From Octopus vulgaris (taxonomy: Eukaryota), in NCBI GenBank assembly GCA_951406725.2, contig OX597834.1, positions 25,048,001-25,112,000 of the forward strand: a stretch of DNA of 64,000 nt, written 5' to 3'. The position numbers were made by a program, and so were the translations under genes. Positions 37,096 through 52,105 of this stretch are shown piece by piece. The notes below the pieces were generated by a model. It was not told where the DNA came from. It made no database searches and saw nothing but the letters and a program-made list of their open reading frames with translations. The stretch's first letter is position 1. Every line of letters starts with the position of its first letter.

Positions 37096-38300
37096 AGAGA
37101 AAGATTAAATGAAAGAGGGGAGAAAAGAAACAGAAAGAGAAAATAAGAGAGGGTCAGAAAAAGAAGGAGAGGGAGAGCGAGAGCGAGTGTGAGAAAGAGC
37201 GAGAGAGAGTGAAAGAGAGAGAGAGAGAGAGAAATCGCAGCTGATTGTTTTCGAATCTTCTCATCAATTTGGTGTTTCCACAAGGCAGAAACATTAAGCA
37301 TGCCGGGCGAAATGCTTAGCGTTCTGAGTTCAAATTCCGCCGAGGTCGACTTTGCCTTTCGTCCTTTCGAGGTCGATAAATTAAGCACCATGTAATCGAC
37401 TTAATCCGTTTGTCAGTCCTTTTGTTTTGTCCCCCTCTATGTTTAGCCCCTTGTGGGTAATAAAGAAACAGGTATTTCGTCTGTCTTTTACTTTCTGGGT
37501 CGATTTGTTCGACTAAAACACTTCAAGGCGGTGCTCCAGCATGGCCGCAATGTAATGACTGAAACAAGTAAAAGAATAAAAGAATATAACCCATCCACGT
37601 TGCGCTAGACTGGTTCTATATTTTATCGATCCCGAAAGGACGAACGGTTCAGTTGACTTTCGGCAGTATATGAACTCAAAGCTTAGAAAACTGGGGTCAA
37701 ATACAACATGTTTTTTCTGTCAGACGCACCAACGATTCTCACAATTTTCAGTTAGGTCGCAAATACCCGAAATAATTGATGAGACGGTCACGATAAGAAT
37801 GTCACTCGATTATTAAAATTCATAATTATCGTTAATGCTATTGTACATTACACCACAGGCCCGGGTATGACATTAAGGTATATCGGGTAGGAGGGTTCTT
37901 GTTTGGGAGCTCCAGGTTTTTAAGGAGTGAGGAGCCGCTCCTAAGCCCCTTTTGCTCGTAGCTCTACTCTGACCCTGAGTAATAGTAACTGGCAGAGTCC
38001 AAGCTATGGGCTTAATTAGCATGTCACAGAATTGACCCCAGAAGAAGGTCACTCACAGACATCAACAGACCCAGAGTACATGAGGTCCGTTAGCTCTTTA
38101 GCTGCTCATCTACGAGAAGGTAATTCTATACAAATCCTACATCCTCATCACTACTGGGCCCATGACACTTGTTGCATCCGAACAATACAGGTTTGATGGA
38201 CGAGTGTGTGCGACTGGCTCTTGCACAAACCAACCCCCACAATCTGGAGACTGAGGCGGTGGCTGCGGAGGTTGGTGTCCAGCATCGACAAGCAAAAGCC

Positions 38301-38369
<69 letters not shown>

Positions 38370-38511
38370 TTTTTCATCTCTCCGTCTATTTTTCTCTCTC
38401 TCATTTTCTCTTTCTTCTCTCTTTTTCTTTCTCTCTCTCTCTTTCTTTCTCACTCTTTCTCTGTCTCTCCCTCCCTCCCTCTTGCCCCCCCTCTCTCTCT
38501 CTCTATATATA

Positions 38512-38546
<35 letters not shown>

Positions 38547-38641
38547 GTGCGCGTGTGTTTGTGTTTGTGTACGTGTGTGTGTATAAAGCGCATATTGAAA
38601 AATAGCTTACGCAAACATACACAATCACACGTAGACATACA

Positions 38642-38728
<87 letters not shown>

Positions 38729-38816
38729 GTATGTATGCATATATGTATATATAAACATATATATATACACACGCGCGCGCACACAAACTCTCACACACAC
38801 AAACACACACACATAA

Positions 38817-38860
<44 letters not shown>

Positions 38861-38989
38861 GAGAGTGTAAGAGAGAGGAGAGGCAGATATCTAGAGAAAT
38901 GAAAGTAATTCGGTTAATGACATACTTGATGTAAGGAGTAAGCAGGAAAGAGCACAGCAGAAGACGGAACCATACACTTGCAGTTGTGT

Positions 38990-39288
38990 TGGCGGCGGCG
39001 GTGGCGGTGGCGGTAGTGATGGTGGTGGTGGTGGTGGTGGTGGTGGTGGTGGTGGTGGTGGTGGTGGTGGTGATGGTGGTGGTGGTGGTGGTGGTAGTGA
39101 TGGTGGTGGTGGTAGTAGTGATGGTGGTGATGGTGGTGTTGTTGTTGGTAGTGGTGGTGGTGGTGGTGGTGGTGGTAGTAGTGATGGTGATGATGGTAGT
39201 AATGATGGTGGTGGTGGTGGTGGTTGTGGTGGTGGTGGTGGTTGTGGTGGTGGTGGTGGTTGTGGTGGTGGTGGTGGTGGTGTTGTTG

Positions 39289-39320
<32 letters not shown>

Positions 39321-39328
39321 GGTGGTGG

Positions 39329-39359
<31 letters not shown>

Positions 39360-39460
39360 GGTGGTGGTGTTGTTGTTGTTGTTGTTGTTATTGTTGTTGT
39401 TGGTGGTGGTGGTGGTTGTGGTGGTGGCGCTTGTGGTAGTGGTGCTGTTGGTGGTAGTGA
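38990..39460. repeat. Compound (GGT)n/(GTT)n low-complexity tract
   Basis: Directly visible; source of the poly-T/V/W ORFs. Confidence 0.95.
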
Positions 39461-39547
39461 AATTTGTCGTAAACACTTGAAAGAGAATCAACAGTTATAA
39501 AGTACACACACACACACATGCGTACTCACATATGTACACGCACTGAA

Positions 39548-39591
<44 letters not shown>

Positions 39592-40582
39592 GCACACACA
39601 CACACACACACACACAGAGTTTACTGGGACAGGATTTCACAGGAGACGATTCTGGATGTTTGGTCTTTTGCTCTGGATCCGGTCAAATGATGACAGAGAA
39701 AGTGAGAGAGAGAGAGAGGAGGGAGAGAGACAGGCTGAGTGACAAACAGACAGACTGACAGAGTGGCATTGTTCCAATGGGGACTTGCCAAAGGGTTTTT
39801 ATGAGTTGAACTGTTTGATTTTCTCCATATGGTATGATGTAGAATAGCAAGAGTTAGAAAGGTAGCCTCTACCATTCCTATCATCATCATCACCACCACC
39901 ACCACCACCACTGACTACACCACCACCATTATCATTACTATAAGCTCAAATATTTCTCTACTACCGCCGTCACCTATACTACTATTACTCTTACTCACAT
40001 ATTGGTTTCAAATTTTGTCACAAGGCCAGCAGCTTTGAGAAAGGATTAAGTCGATTAAATCGTCTCCAGTGCTCAGCTGGTACTTATTTTATCGACCCCG
40101 GAACGATGAAAGGCAAAGTCGATACCGGCGGGATTTGAACTCAGAACGTAGAAACAGAGAAATCATGTCAAGCATTTTGCCCGGCGTGCTAACGATTCTG
40201 CCAGTTCACCGCCCTGCTCTACTCAAATATTAGCCAGTTACCGCTGGGATAACTACTACCAACAACATCATACTAAAGTCAAAGAAAGATCTATTTGTGG
40301 TCACCTTGATCTACTAGAAATACCAGCCAAATATCTCATTTATGTAGCAAACTGCTGCATTACAAAAAAGTACAGCTGCTAGCAGGAATAACTCCATCAC
40401 GTAATCCATACAGATTCGAAGAAACGAAACCCTATATCATCCGCTGACAATCAGCTTTACTTAGAATCCGCGGTTCACTTCCAACCAAGTGTCGTTGCGT
40501 TAGATCGATCATAGATTTTGCGCCTGTGGAAGTGTAAATTATATAAATCACAACTTGACACTGCAGCCATGTGTATGTTTGC

Positions 40583-40800
40583 TGCAGAAACGTTAGCACG
40601 CCGGGCGAAATGCGTAGCCGTATTTCGTCTGCCGTTACGTTCTGAGTTCAAATTCCGCCGAGGTCGACTTTGCCTTTCATCCTTTCGGGGTCGATAATTT
40701 AAGTACCAGTTTCGCACTGGGGTCGATATAATCGACTTAATCCCTTTGTTTGTCCTTGTTTGTCCCCTCTATGTTTAGCCCCTTGTGGGTAGTAAAGAAA
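40583..40800 (+). mobile_element. SINE family C (central gccgaggtcgactttgcctttcatcctttcggggtcgataa domain; Meta/MESC-like by recollection)
   Basis: B-box-like gagttcaaattcc followed by a conserved central domain. Homologs near 1-103, 5885-6020, 7540-7670, 8085-8230, 17945-18175, 22150-22262, 37283-37490, 40001-40214, 57753-57918, 57982-58186 and 59869-60050. Confidence 0.85.
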
Positions 40801-40879
40801 TATATAATGTACTGTAAAATATTTCTATTGGATTTTTAGCCAGCACTGTATGTTCCGATGAATGTAAACATTATGTTTA

Positions 40880-41109
40880 TACTCTTTTACTCTTTTACTT
40901 GTTTCAGTCATTCGACTGTGGCCATGCTGGAGCACCGCTTTTAGTCGAGGAAACCGACCCAAGGACTTATTCTTCGTAAGCCTAGTACTTATTCTATCGG
41001 TCTCTTTTGCCGAACCGCTAAGTTACGGGGACGTATATACACCAGCATTAGTTGTCAAGCGATGTTGGGGGGACAAACACAAATACACAAACACATACAC
41101 ACACAAACA

Positions 41110-41192
<83 letters not shown>

Positions 41193-41355
41193 GACGGGCT
41201 TCTTTCAGTTTCCGTCAACCAAATCCACTCACAAGGCTTTTGGTTGGTTCGAGGCTATTGTAGAAGACACTTGCCCAAGGTGCCACGCAGTGGGACTGAA
41301 TCCGGGACCATGTGGTTAGTAAGCAAGCTACTTACCACACAGCCACTCCTACGCC
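40880..41355 (-). mobile_element. SINE family B
   Basis: Reverse-complement homolog of 5234..5667 with an expanded internal TA tract. Confidence 0.9.
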
Positions 41356-42599
41356 TTATATATAAAATATTTTCACGAATACAAAAAGCAAGGAACAACT
41401 ATTCATACTGCACATTTCAAGTTTTCCCAGAACCGTCCTTAACTATCCATGACATACTGCTGAGGAACCCACTGATATTAGTAGCGAAACAGAAAACTGA
41501 TTAGACTATATGCATATTTCACACTTTGCATATTTCAAACTTCTTAATTGATCTGAAGAGAGTAGTGTCCTCAAAAAGCTTTCGTACCCTATATATTCTT
41601 GGCATAAACACTAGACTGTTCGGTCAAAGGTGGCCAGTGGCCAGTGGCCAAAAAAAACAAGATTTCCTTCCTGCTATTAAAGAATAAAACCAAATTCTGT
41701 TTCTACCTCGATGTCACAACGAACTGAACCAATAATAAATAAGAATTCAAATCCGGTTTGTTTTTATTAATAACTAATCTCTGACGGTTGTTCCTTCTCT
41801 CTAATTATCGCTGATGAATAATTACAGTGAAATGTATTTAAGTTTCGGATTACAAACTAAACGACATTAAAATGAGTGGAGTGAAAGTACGTTTAAGATA
41901 AGATTATACCACACACTATAATCATTTCTAAAACAAACAAAAAATATAATACGAATATGCTTTGTGATAGACAAAGGGTTATTTTAGTTGACATGGTAAC
42001 CAACCGTGTGGATTTACTTCAGATGGTTTCTCCTGATAAACCAAGAAATAATCATAGTTAAAGAGTTTATGTAATTAATATTTGGATTTATATTTTAGGA
42101 ATGAGTTTTTTTTTTGGTGGAGTGGGGTGAAGGCAATATATCGATTGGTTGTTTGTCATGATGTTTTTGATGTTCTCGTTGTTTTTCTATTGTTGTTGTT
42201 TTTGCTGTTGGTGTCGCTGTTGTCACATTTGGTGCTGTCGTCGTCGTCCTTTTTGTTGTTGTTGTTGTTGCTGTTGTTGTTCTTGTTGTACATATTTATA
42301 TCGGAAGATATAATTTTATAATTGGAGGATTTGTGTAATTCGCCTTAACATAACTTAGTATAATCAACGATTGAGATCGATACCACAGACCGGATCCTTC
42401 CTTTAACTTTGACCTTTTGTACCAATGTTAGAAACAGCAGCAATGGCGACGACCACAGCAACAACAGCAACAAAAAAAGACTTCAATGAGAAAAGTCAAG
42501 AAGCACAAGAAGATAGTGACAAGAGGAGCACCGTATCCACCTGATACCACCCAACAAACGGTGGGGACCGCAACATCAAAAAGCAGCAGCAACAGCAGT

Positions 42600-42972
42600 G
42601 GAGGCGCAATGGCCCAATGGTTAGGGCAGCGGACTCGCGGTCGGAGGATCGCGGTTTCGATTCCCAGACCGGGCGTTCTGTGTGTTTTTTGAGCGAAAAC
42701 ACCTAAAGCTCCACGAGGCTCCGGCAGCGGGTGGTGGCGAGCCCTGTTGTACTCTTTCGCTCCAACTTTCTCTCACTCTTTCTTCCTGTTTCTTGTCCTC
42801 CCCGACTTCCTACGCAACCGCTGAGCCTGGGTGCGCATTCATCCATCCGTCGATGCTCTCGGTGTCGGGGGTTGAGCTGCTTTCTCTTCTGCGGATCTTA
42901 CGAATAGCAAAGGACCACGTTTTGGACTTCTCCCACTGGGACGAAGACCGCTACGCTCAACAAACAAACAAA
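42600..42972 (+). mobile_element. SINE with the family A head and a different 3' body ending in (CAAA)n
   Basis: Matches family A up to about 42792, then unrelated sequence ending caacaaacaaacaaa. Confidence 0.8.
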
Positions 42973-43589
42973 TAGCAACACTAGGACTGGTTACGAGTAG
43001 GATGACCAGTCTCCCTCAGAAATGGACGAAAAGGTACGAGGCTATCCTTTAGTGATTGGGCAAAAGTGGCAAACTCATACGTCACTTCTACCTGACCGGT
43101 ACCCTGTTTTTCGTTTGGCTAATTTGCGGAAGAGACGCGTCTGGAAGTTATCCTGGGCAGAACAGGAATCAATAATTCCGGAACAGCCTGCCTATTAGTT
43201 GATTTTCGTTCCATAGAGTGTTATGGTTCTTACCCACCACAAGGCTTCCATATGTGACGATGTGGAAGTTCTACCGACAGCATTGCTCGACTTCTAAAGT
43301 GTTGTAAGCACCAGACAACTTTCTGGATGCTCAGCGCTCAGTTTTGGTCTTCGCTTGAGTAAAACTCTGAGTAAAGCTCTGTCAAGGCAAAGAATTGTGG
43401 AACGGCTTGCCTGCTAAAGGATTATGACAACTGCTCACCGTCTGGGAATGTTACAGCCCCAGCGCGTCAGTAGCCTCGACATTTTCCTCTATGTGGTGGT
43501 CATGGTGAAAGAATTTATGTGAGGGGCAAGACTGAAAGGATTGACCACCGCCCTCAGAAACATAATACAAATAAGAACAGTCATCATCT

Positions 43590-43793
43590 TTACAATTACC
43601 ACAACCACTACCACCACCACCAACCACCACCACCAACATCAGCATCACTACTACTACCAACACCAACACCAACACCATCACTACCACTCATCACCGCTCC
43701 CATCCATCACCAGTTCCACCACCACCAACACAACCATCACCAATCTAACCTCAGCTACCATGAACATCATCATCATCATAGTCATCATCTTTG

Positions 43794-43835
<42 letters not shown>

Positions 43836-43878
43836 CCACCACCATCATCATCATCATCCTCATCATCATCATCACCAC

Positions 43879-43941
<63 letters not shown>

Positions 43942-43958
43942 TGTTATTATTATTATTA

Positions 43959-44026
<68 letters not shown>

Positions 44027-44080
44027 ATTATTATTATTATTATTATTATAATTATTATTATTATAATTATTATTATTATA

Positions 44081-44145
<65 letters not shown>
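43590..44145. repeat. Compound (CAC)n/(CAT)n/(TAT)n tract
   Basis: Directly visible; source of the poly-H/Y/I/M/D ORFs. Confidence 0.95.
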
Positions 44146-44146
<1 letters not shown>

Positions 44147-44258
44147 GTGCTGTCTGTGAAATATTCCTTTTAAGTGGGTGGAAAGCGGGTGGAGATACAT
44201 CATAATCGATTTAATAAGTTTATATTATACATGATCTGCAAACTTCAAACCTCCACCC

Positions 44259-44303
<45 letters not shown>

Positions 44304-44676
44304 AGCTTCTCTTCTCTCTTATGTCGTTCTTTGTTCTTCACCTACCATTCTTTACCAATCACATAAGCTTCATAATCACATAACATTTACAATTTACCAT
44401 TCTACCCTGATGTAACGTTCAGTCTCTCGGTGTGGCTGAAACTTGATACCCTGTCACAGATTCGATCTCTAGCAAGTAACCAGTTGTCTCATAGAAACTT
44501 CTAGCTATCTTCTGTATGTTTCTAGTTCTCACTCTCCCCACCCCCTCTCTCTCCTTCCTCTTCTCCCTGCCTCCCTCTCTCCTTCCAGATGTATGTCCCA
44601 CATATTCTTTGAATGCACATACGTCCAAGGATCTTTCAGTCTCAACATCCTTCTTTTTCTTTGCTTTTTTTAGAAC

Positions 44677-44742
<66 letters not shown>

Positions 44743-44813
44743 ATCTATCTATCTATCTATCTCTGTCTCTCTCTCGCTCTCTGTCTCTCTCTGTCTCTGT
44801 ATCTGTCTCTCTT

Positions 44814-44859
<46 letters not shown>

Positions 44860-45989
44860 TCTCTCTCTCTTTCTCTCTCTTTACCCCTGGGTCCCTCTAG
44901 CTTTTATGTTTATGTGAAGTACTATGTTCTTCATCATGCAAGCACTTAATGTTTACAACTATCGGTCTATCCCATCACTGCATAACGATGAAGCCTCTTT
45001 GACTGACAATACCGCCTGATAACTAAGTGGTCAAGTAGCCGGACCGTTTCTGAAGTCAGTGTCACAAATCGTTATGAGAATTGTAAAAAAGGTTGTTATC
45101 GTTGCTGTTGTTGGTGTTGTTGCTGTGGTTGCTAGTGATGGTGGGTGTTATTGTTGCTGTTGTTGTTAGAGGTGGTGGTGGTGGTGGTGGTGGTGGTGGT
45201 GGTGGTGTGGTCGTCGTGGTGATGGATATTGCTGTTTGTCCACTCCAAGTATTCGAGTAGGTTTATGATCAAAACATTTGTCAACCGCGACCATCCCGTC
45301 TTATCTTAAGTATAGTAATATCTAAGACCAACCGCATAATCATATTTGTCCTTTGAAGATGGCAGCGCGAAATATGAAGGCAGCTGTTATTTCTAGCATA
45401 GTCGAACGACCATGTCAGGACATCTTCGTTGGCTGGAAGGGATCAGCAAGCGATTCATCTACTGGAGATTCTAAGCAACAAGACACACCAGATGACATCA
45501 GCATTGACTGAACTCACAACAGCGGTACTTCGAAGTAGCTATTGTTATATAACTGTTTTATCGACCCCAGCCTGCAGAGAGAGAGCCCAAGCTGGAGCAC
45601 GCACACACAGAGTAACTGCTTTGTTCCTTTCTTCGTTCATGGTCGATTTATATACAAATCATTCCTAATATCAGCTCTTACCATATATTATTTTTGCTGC
45701 TAAATAACCGATATCTTTCGGTCAACAGCGGCTGAAGAAGTGAATAACCACTAAAACATCTATTTGACGCGTGAGGTGAAGTTTGCTAAAATATTTCATA
45801 AATATTTTATAAGGTATAACTGCGCTCTACTCAACCACTTTGTTTCATTCGCTTAAACATAAAATCGCAGCACCAACCACCTGCCGTGTCATTGTGCACT
45901 CTTAGTGATAAACCATGTTACTTAGATTGAACTGATTTCGTTCATGACTGTCCAGTTCCGATATCTGTGTGAGTATGTGTGTAGGTGTG

Positions 45990-46051
45990 TGTGTATGTAT
46001 CTATACGTGTGTACATACACACATACATACATATATATATATGTGCGTGTC

Positions 46052-46082
<31 letters not shown>

Positions 46083-46525
46083 ATGTATGTATGCATGCAT
46101 GATTGTATGTATGTATGTATATATGTATGTATGTATGCATGTATGCATGCATGCATGTATCTATATATGTATCTATGTATGTATGTATGTATGTATGTAT
46201 GTATGTATGTATGTATGTATGCATGCATGATTGTATGTATGTATGTATATATGTATGTATGTATGTATGTATGCATGCATGTAAGTATGTATGCATGTAT
46301 GAATGTATGTATGCATGTATGTATGCATGTATGTATGTATGAATGTATGTATGTACGTATGTATGTATGTATGTATGTATATATGTATGCATGTATGTAT
46401 GTATGTATATATGTATGTATGTATGTATGCATGTATGTATGTATGTATGTATGTATGTATGTATGCATGTATGTATGCATGTATGTATGTATGTATGTAT
46501 GTATGTATGTATGTATGTATGTATG
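45990..46525. repeat. (ATGT)n microsatellite
   Basis: Directly visible. A similar tract lies at 53750-54075. Confidence 0.95.
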
Positions 46526-46570
46526 CCTACTCGCAAAACTCACATAGACGTGTGCACACACACTCACACA

Positions 46571-46612
<42 letters not shown>

Positions 46613-47007
46613 TACACGCGCGCGCGCGCATATAATCCCAATATGGTATGTTGCCGTGTATATGACGAATGAGCTTAAGATGACTCAAGAAATACTTGTG
46701 TGCATTAATGCGTGCACCGGTGCTTACGTATGTGTGTATGTGTGTGTAAGTGTGTGTATGTATGTGTGTGTATGTGCGTTGTAAAAGAATGAAATGTGTT
46801 AGGGACAAAACAGACTAGTTTTATTCTCCTACAGTGAATCATAAACTCTAATCACTCAAGCTAAGCCTCATGCTATTCCTCAAAGCCCTTCCTCCTCCTC
46901 CCGTGTACATTATAGTCGGTGGGTGTTCGCCATTGTTAATGGTGATTGAATCGAAATAGTCAGAAATCAAATAGATGTGTTGTTGGCAATATGAATGTGT
47001 TTCTACG

Positions 47008-47061
<54 letters not shown>

Positions 47062-47127
47062 TGTATGCACTTTTATATAGAAGCGTGTGTAACAAATCGA
47101 GAGTGAGTGTAGCATATATATATGGCG

Positions 47128-47505
47128 GAGGCGCAATGGCCCAGTGGTTAGGGCAGCGGACTCGCGGTCATAGGATCGCGGTTTCGATTCCCAGACCGGG
47201 CGTTGTGAGTGTTTATTGAGCGAAAACACCTAAAGCTCCACGAGGCTCCGGCAGGGGAGGGTGTGATCCCTGCTGTACTCTTTCACCACAACTTTCTCTC
47301 ACTCTTACTTCCTGTTTCTGTTGTACCTGTATTTCAAAGGGCCGGCCTTGTCACTCTCTGTGTCACGCTGAATATCCCCGAGAACTACGTTAAGGGTACA
47401 CGTGTCTGTGGAGTGCTCAACCACTTACACGTTAATTTCACGAGCAGGCTGTTCCGTTGATCGGATCAACCGGAACCCTCGTCGTCGTAACCGACGGAGT
47501 GCTTC
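47128..47505 (+). mobile_element. tRNA-derived SINE, family A
   Basis: Near-identical to the 7061 and 31308 copies over head and tail. Confidence 0.9.
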
Positions 47506-48804
47506 CATCCCATATATATATATATTGGTTTCAAATTTTGGCACAAGGCCAACAAATCTGGGAGAGTCGGGAAGTTAACGTAATCGACGGCAGTGCTCAA
47601 CCACATGGTCTCGGGTTCAGTCCAAATAAATGGCACTTTGGTCAAGAACCTTCTACTATAACCTCGGATTGACCAAAGCCACGTGAGGATTTGGCGGACG
47701 GAAACTGAAAGAATCCTGTTACATGTGTGTGTGTGTGTATGTGTGTGTGTGTGTATGTGTGTGTGTGTGTATGTGTGTGTGTGTATGTGTGTGTGTGTGT
47801 GTGTTTGTCTCTCACCACCGGTGTTAGTGTGTTTATGTCTCCACACCTTTTAGTGAAAAGAAACCGATTGAATAAGTATTAGGCTTTAAAAAATAAGACG
47901 TGGGGTCGATTTGTTCTTCTAAAACCTTTCAAGACACTGCCCCAGCAATCAGATGACTGAAATAATTAAAAGATAAAAGATATCATATTCTGTGTGTGTG
48001 TTTGGATCCATAAACTTTTGGATAGAAAGAGTCGAAGGTTGCTCATTAAAAATATACGTGTGTATACTTATACGCATTTATCCATGCATATGCTCGCGCG
48101 TGTGTCGATTCCCTTAATTGCATATACCGCTATAAAATGGCATGTCAATTTGTAACCCTTTACATCACAAGGGGTAAACGCTTACCATTCCCTGAGAATC
48201 GATAAAATATAATAAAAGAGATATAATTATTGGGATCCATATGACCCTCAAAAGATTCTCGCTCATTACGGCCACTGTCCAAACTTGGAACCAATGACCA
48301 GTGACCAGAATATTCGATACGGAATAACTACGGTTTGAACACCTGATTAACTATTTACATAATCTCACTATGTTTAGATTATTTATTATTTATTTTTTTC
48401 TTTGTAGCTTTTGCTTTCTGATTGTTGTGTTTTTTGTTCTCCTATGACCAATTCTGCTGTAATCGATACGATATTCGCTGCATAAATCTGCATCAATCTG
48501 CATATCATTTCCATCCTGTTTGATCGGATTCGTTCTATGGACGTTTTATGCGTCTATCAATATATATACATGCAGGGAAAAAGTCACTCACTCTCTCACT
48601 CTCTCTTTCTCACCTTCTCTCTCTCTTACTCTCTCTCTCTCTCACTCTCCCTTTCTCAATTTCTGTAGCATATATGTATATGTGTGTGTGCGTGTGTATA
48701 GATTCATACATGCGTACATGCATATGTATGCATATACACACATATATAAGTACCTTCGTATTTATATATATATGTACAGTTATGTACTTATATACTCATA
48801 TATA

Positions 48805-48843
<39 letters not shown>

Positions 48844-48856
48844 ATATATATATATG

Positions 48857-48922
<66 letters not shown>

Positions 48923-48923
<1 letters not shown>

Positions 48924-50209
48924 GTGCGGATACTGAAAAGTAACCGGAGACTTTCTCTGTGGGACAAGCCTGTATAATTTCAGGCTTCGGCCGTCAGAAG
49001 CCACTTGATGTGACCTTCAGACGGCGTCGGGCGAAGTCGTTCAATCGTATGGTGCGTCTTTGTTTTGCGGTGCTTCTTCCCTGTTCGTATATATTTTGCG
49101 ATGGCTGAAACGAAGGAACAGAGTGCTTCCGTGAAATTCTGCTCTCTGCTGGCGAAAACGGCAGCCGAAACAATTGTCATGTTTCAAACAGCTTACAAGG
49201 ACGCTGCCATGAGCAAAACACACGTTTATGGGTGGTTTTCACGCTCTTGGAATGTTCACTTGTCGCTTGAAGACCAACCTCATTCAGGGCGAACGTCGTC
49301 CTCGCGAACGAATGCAAACATCACGAAAATTCGTGAACTGATCTTGGAGGACCGCTGCTGAACAACTGACGAACTTGTTGATATGACTGATGTGTCCTAG
49401 ATCTCCTGCTAAAGAATTTTGAGCGAGGAATAGCGAATGGAAAGAACTGCAGTAAAATTTGTGCCTCGCTTGCTCACGGAAGATCGAAAGTAGTCACGAC
49501 TGAATGCGTGTCGTGAACTGAAAGAACAGATGGGAGGTGATCTGGACTTTTATTCAAAGGTCATCACTGGTGACGAAAGGTGATACTACGACTACGACCC
49601 GGAAACGAAGCAGCAATTAAGACAATAGAAGCATTCAATGTCAACACACAAAAAAAAAAAAAAATGTGCGTCAAGTGAAGTCCAACGTCAAAACGATGTT
49701 GATTTGTTTCATCGCTGCGAAGGGATTTGTCCACACAGAATTTGTTCCTCCTGGTCAAACTGTTAACCAGACATTTTACTTGGCAGCTCTGAAGCATTTG
49801 CGAGGCACAGTAAGACGAAAACGCTGCAACCTGTGGCAAAGTGGAGAATGCTGGGTTTATCACGACAATGTCCCTGCGCACACCGCTTTGAGTTTGAGAC
49901 AGTTTTTGCCAAAAATGGCATGACCCACATTACTCCCCCCCCCCATATTCACACGATTTTGCTCCCTGCCTTTTTTTTTCTGTTCCCCCGAATGAAGACA
50001 ATCTTTATAAGAAAACATTTTACAGATGTGGAAGAGGTGAAGAAAAAATATGACGAAGGCGTTAAACGTCATCACTTCGCAACAGTTCTGGCACTGCTTC
50101 GAACAACGGAAAATGGCGAATACTCTGATGGCGATAAAAGTGTAAACATGTAAAACTAAGTGAATAAAATAATATCGCTAAATTCCGGTTTCTTTTGAGT
50201 GTCCACTCA
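48923..50209 (+). mobile_element. Full-length (1287 bp) defective mariner (Tc1/mariner) transposon
   Basis: 26-bp imperfect TIRs (48923-48948 / 50184-50209, 20/26 matches) flanked by TA. Transposase pseudogene starts at ATG 49101 with motifs VKFC..LAKTAAET, SGR, FVPRLL, ITGDE, YDPETKQ, HDNVPAH, PYS...FLFPRMK. Several stops and frameshifts. Confidence 0.92.
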
Positions 50210-50299
50210 TATACATACGTACATGCGCGCGCTCGTGCACACACATATATGTATGTATATATATATGTATGTATATACATATATATATGTATGCATGAA

Positions 50300-50330
<31 letters not shown>

Positions 50331-50429
50331 GTATATGTATATATATACATATATAACAATATATATGTGTATATATACATACATACATACACACATACAT
50401 ACATACATACATACATACATACATGCATG

Positions 50430-50461
<32 letters not shown>

Positions 50462-50477
50462 CATACATACATATACG

Positions 50478-50508
<31 letters not shown>

Positions 50509-50615
50509 TCATATATATTCATGCATATGCATATATATGTGTATATATATACATATATATATATATAAAGATACATATATGCATGTGTACATGCATATAT
50601 ATCTATATACATATA

Positions 50616-50683
<68 letters not shown>

Positions 50684-50802
50684 TGCATATATGTATGAAC
50701 TTATACTCTTATATACACAAATAAATGTACACATTTTATGTTTTTAAGTCAGCCTATTATTTCAGGCATGACTGAGTGTATCAAATTATGACGTTCTGAA
50801 TG

Positions 50803-50853
<51 letters not shown>

Positions 50854-51175
50854 ACCACAAACACATGCATAAACGCATGTATACATACATGTACATACAT
50901 ATACATATATACACATATGTATGTATGTATGTTTATACACAAATAGAGAACACATTACAAACGTCCACAGGCCAATATTAAGACACCCCACCTAACTCCT
51001 TATTAATTAGCAGTGTTGGCCGGAAATGGAACGACGGTAATCCACTCGTTTCCCACGCCCACCACGGCTAACCAAATTGTAGCGAGTTCAGACTTAAATT
51101 AATCAATCAAAACATAAACAATACAATAATATCAACAATAACAAAAAACAACAACAATAATCTCAGGCTATTGTA

Positions 51176-51206
<31 letters not shown>

Positions 51207-51424
51207 CTTCTCTTCCTCTGTCTCTCTCTCTCCACGCACGTACACGCACACACGTGTATACACTTGTATCACATATATGTGAGTGTGTATGCGTGTGTCT
51301 GTATATGTATATACCAACACACATATATATATATATTAAGATATAAACATACATATATATATATGTAGATATACATACATATATACATAATACATACAAA
51401 CATACATATATATATATATATATA

Positions 51425-51500
<76 letters not shown>

Positions 51501-51711
51501 TACTTGCATAAAACTTAGATATGTTTCGACCAATGATTGGTCCAGGCCATGTCTAACTTAATAGCACCACCTGACATAAATACGTATGTATACATACACA
51601 CACACACATATATATATATATACTTACATATATACATAAATACATCTGTATACATACATATATATATACATATATATATACATATATATATATATATACA
51701 TATATACTTAC

Positions 51712-51786
<75 letters not shown>

Positions 51787-52105
51787 CATACATATACACA
51801 CGAGGAGTGGTGGGTAGAAGAGAATACAGGAGGATGAGTTAATTATGATTTTATTCAACATAATCCCCCTCTCAGATTCATACACTTATTGCAGTGGTCC
51901 TTCAGTTTTTTCTAAGCCTTGTAAAAGAACTCGAAAGGTCGGGTCTCCAGCTAGACCTTTCGCGATACCCTTAATGCCAGAAGCTTTTCAACACCCCTTC
52001 GTGTCCTCGTGTATGTGTATATATAGGGTGCAGTGAATAAACTGTCGTCTAAATTACGCAAAAATGAAAATAACACCGACGTATTATTTTGACAGACATA
52101 TGACA

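Noticed and set aside
38625-39491. Long poly-Thr/Asn/Val ORFs, and all YIYI, HTHT, CVCV, LSLS, MYVC and poly-H/D/M ORFs
   Set aside because: These are translations of di-, tri- and tetranucleotide microsatellites with no splice or domain support.
41553-41583. CTGAAGA-gag..ctc-AAAAAGCTTTC hammerhead-like string
   Set aside because: G12 is missing and stem I is absent; possibly a decayed copy but not supportable.
43392-43428. ELWNGLPA resembling the LINE ORF2 WNxLP motif
   Set aside because: Surrounding residues lack the FS.RV and FK..LD context seen in the real CR1 fragment at 22634.
45732-45760. CTGAAGA-agtg..cact-AAAACATC hammerhead-like string
   Set aside because: Two core substitutions and poor stem I.
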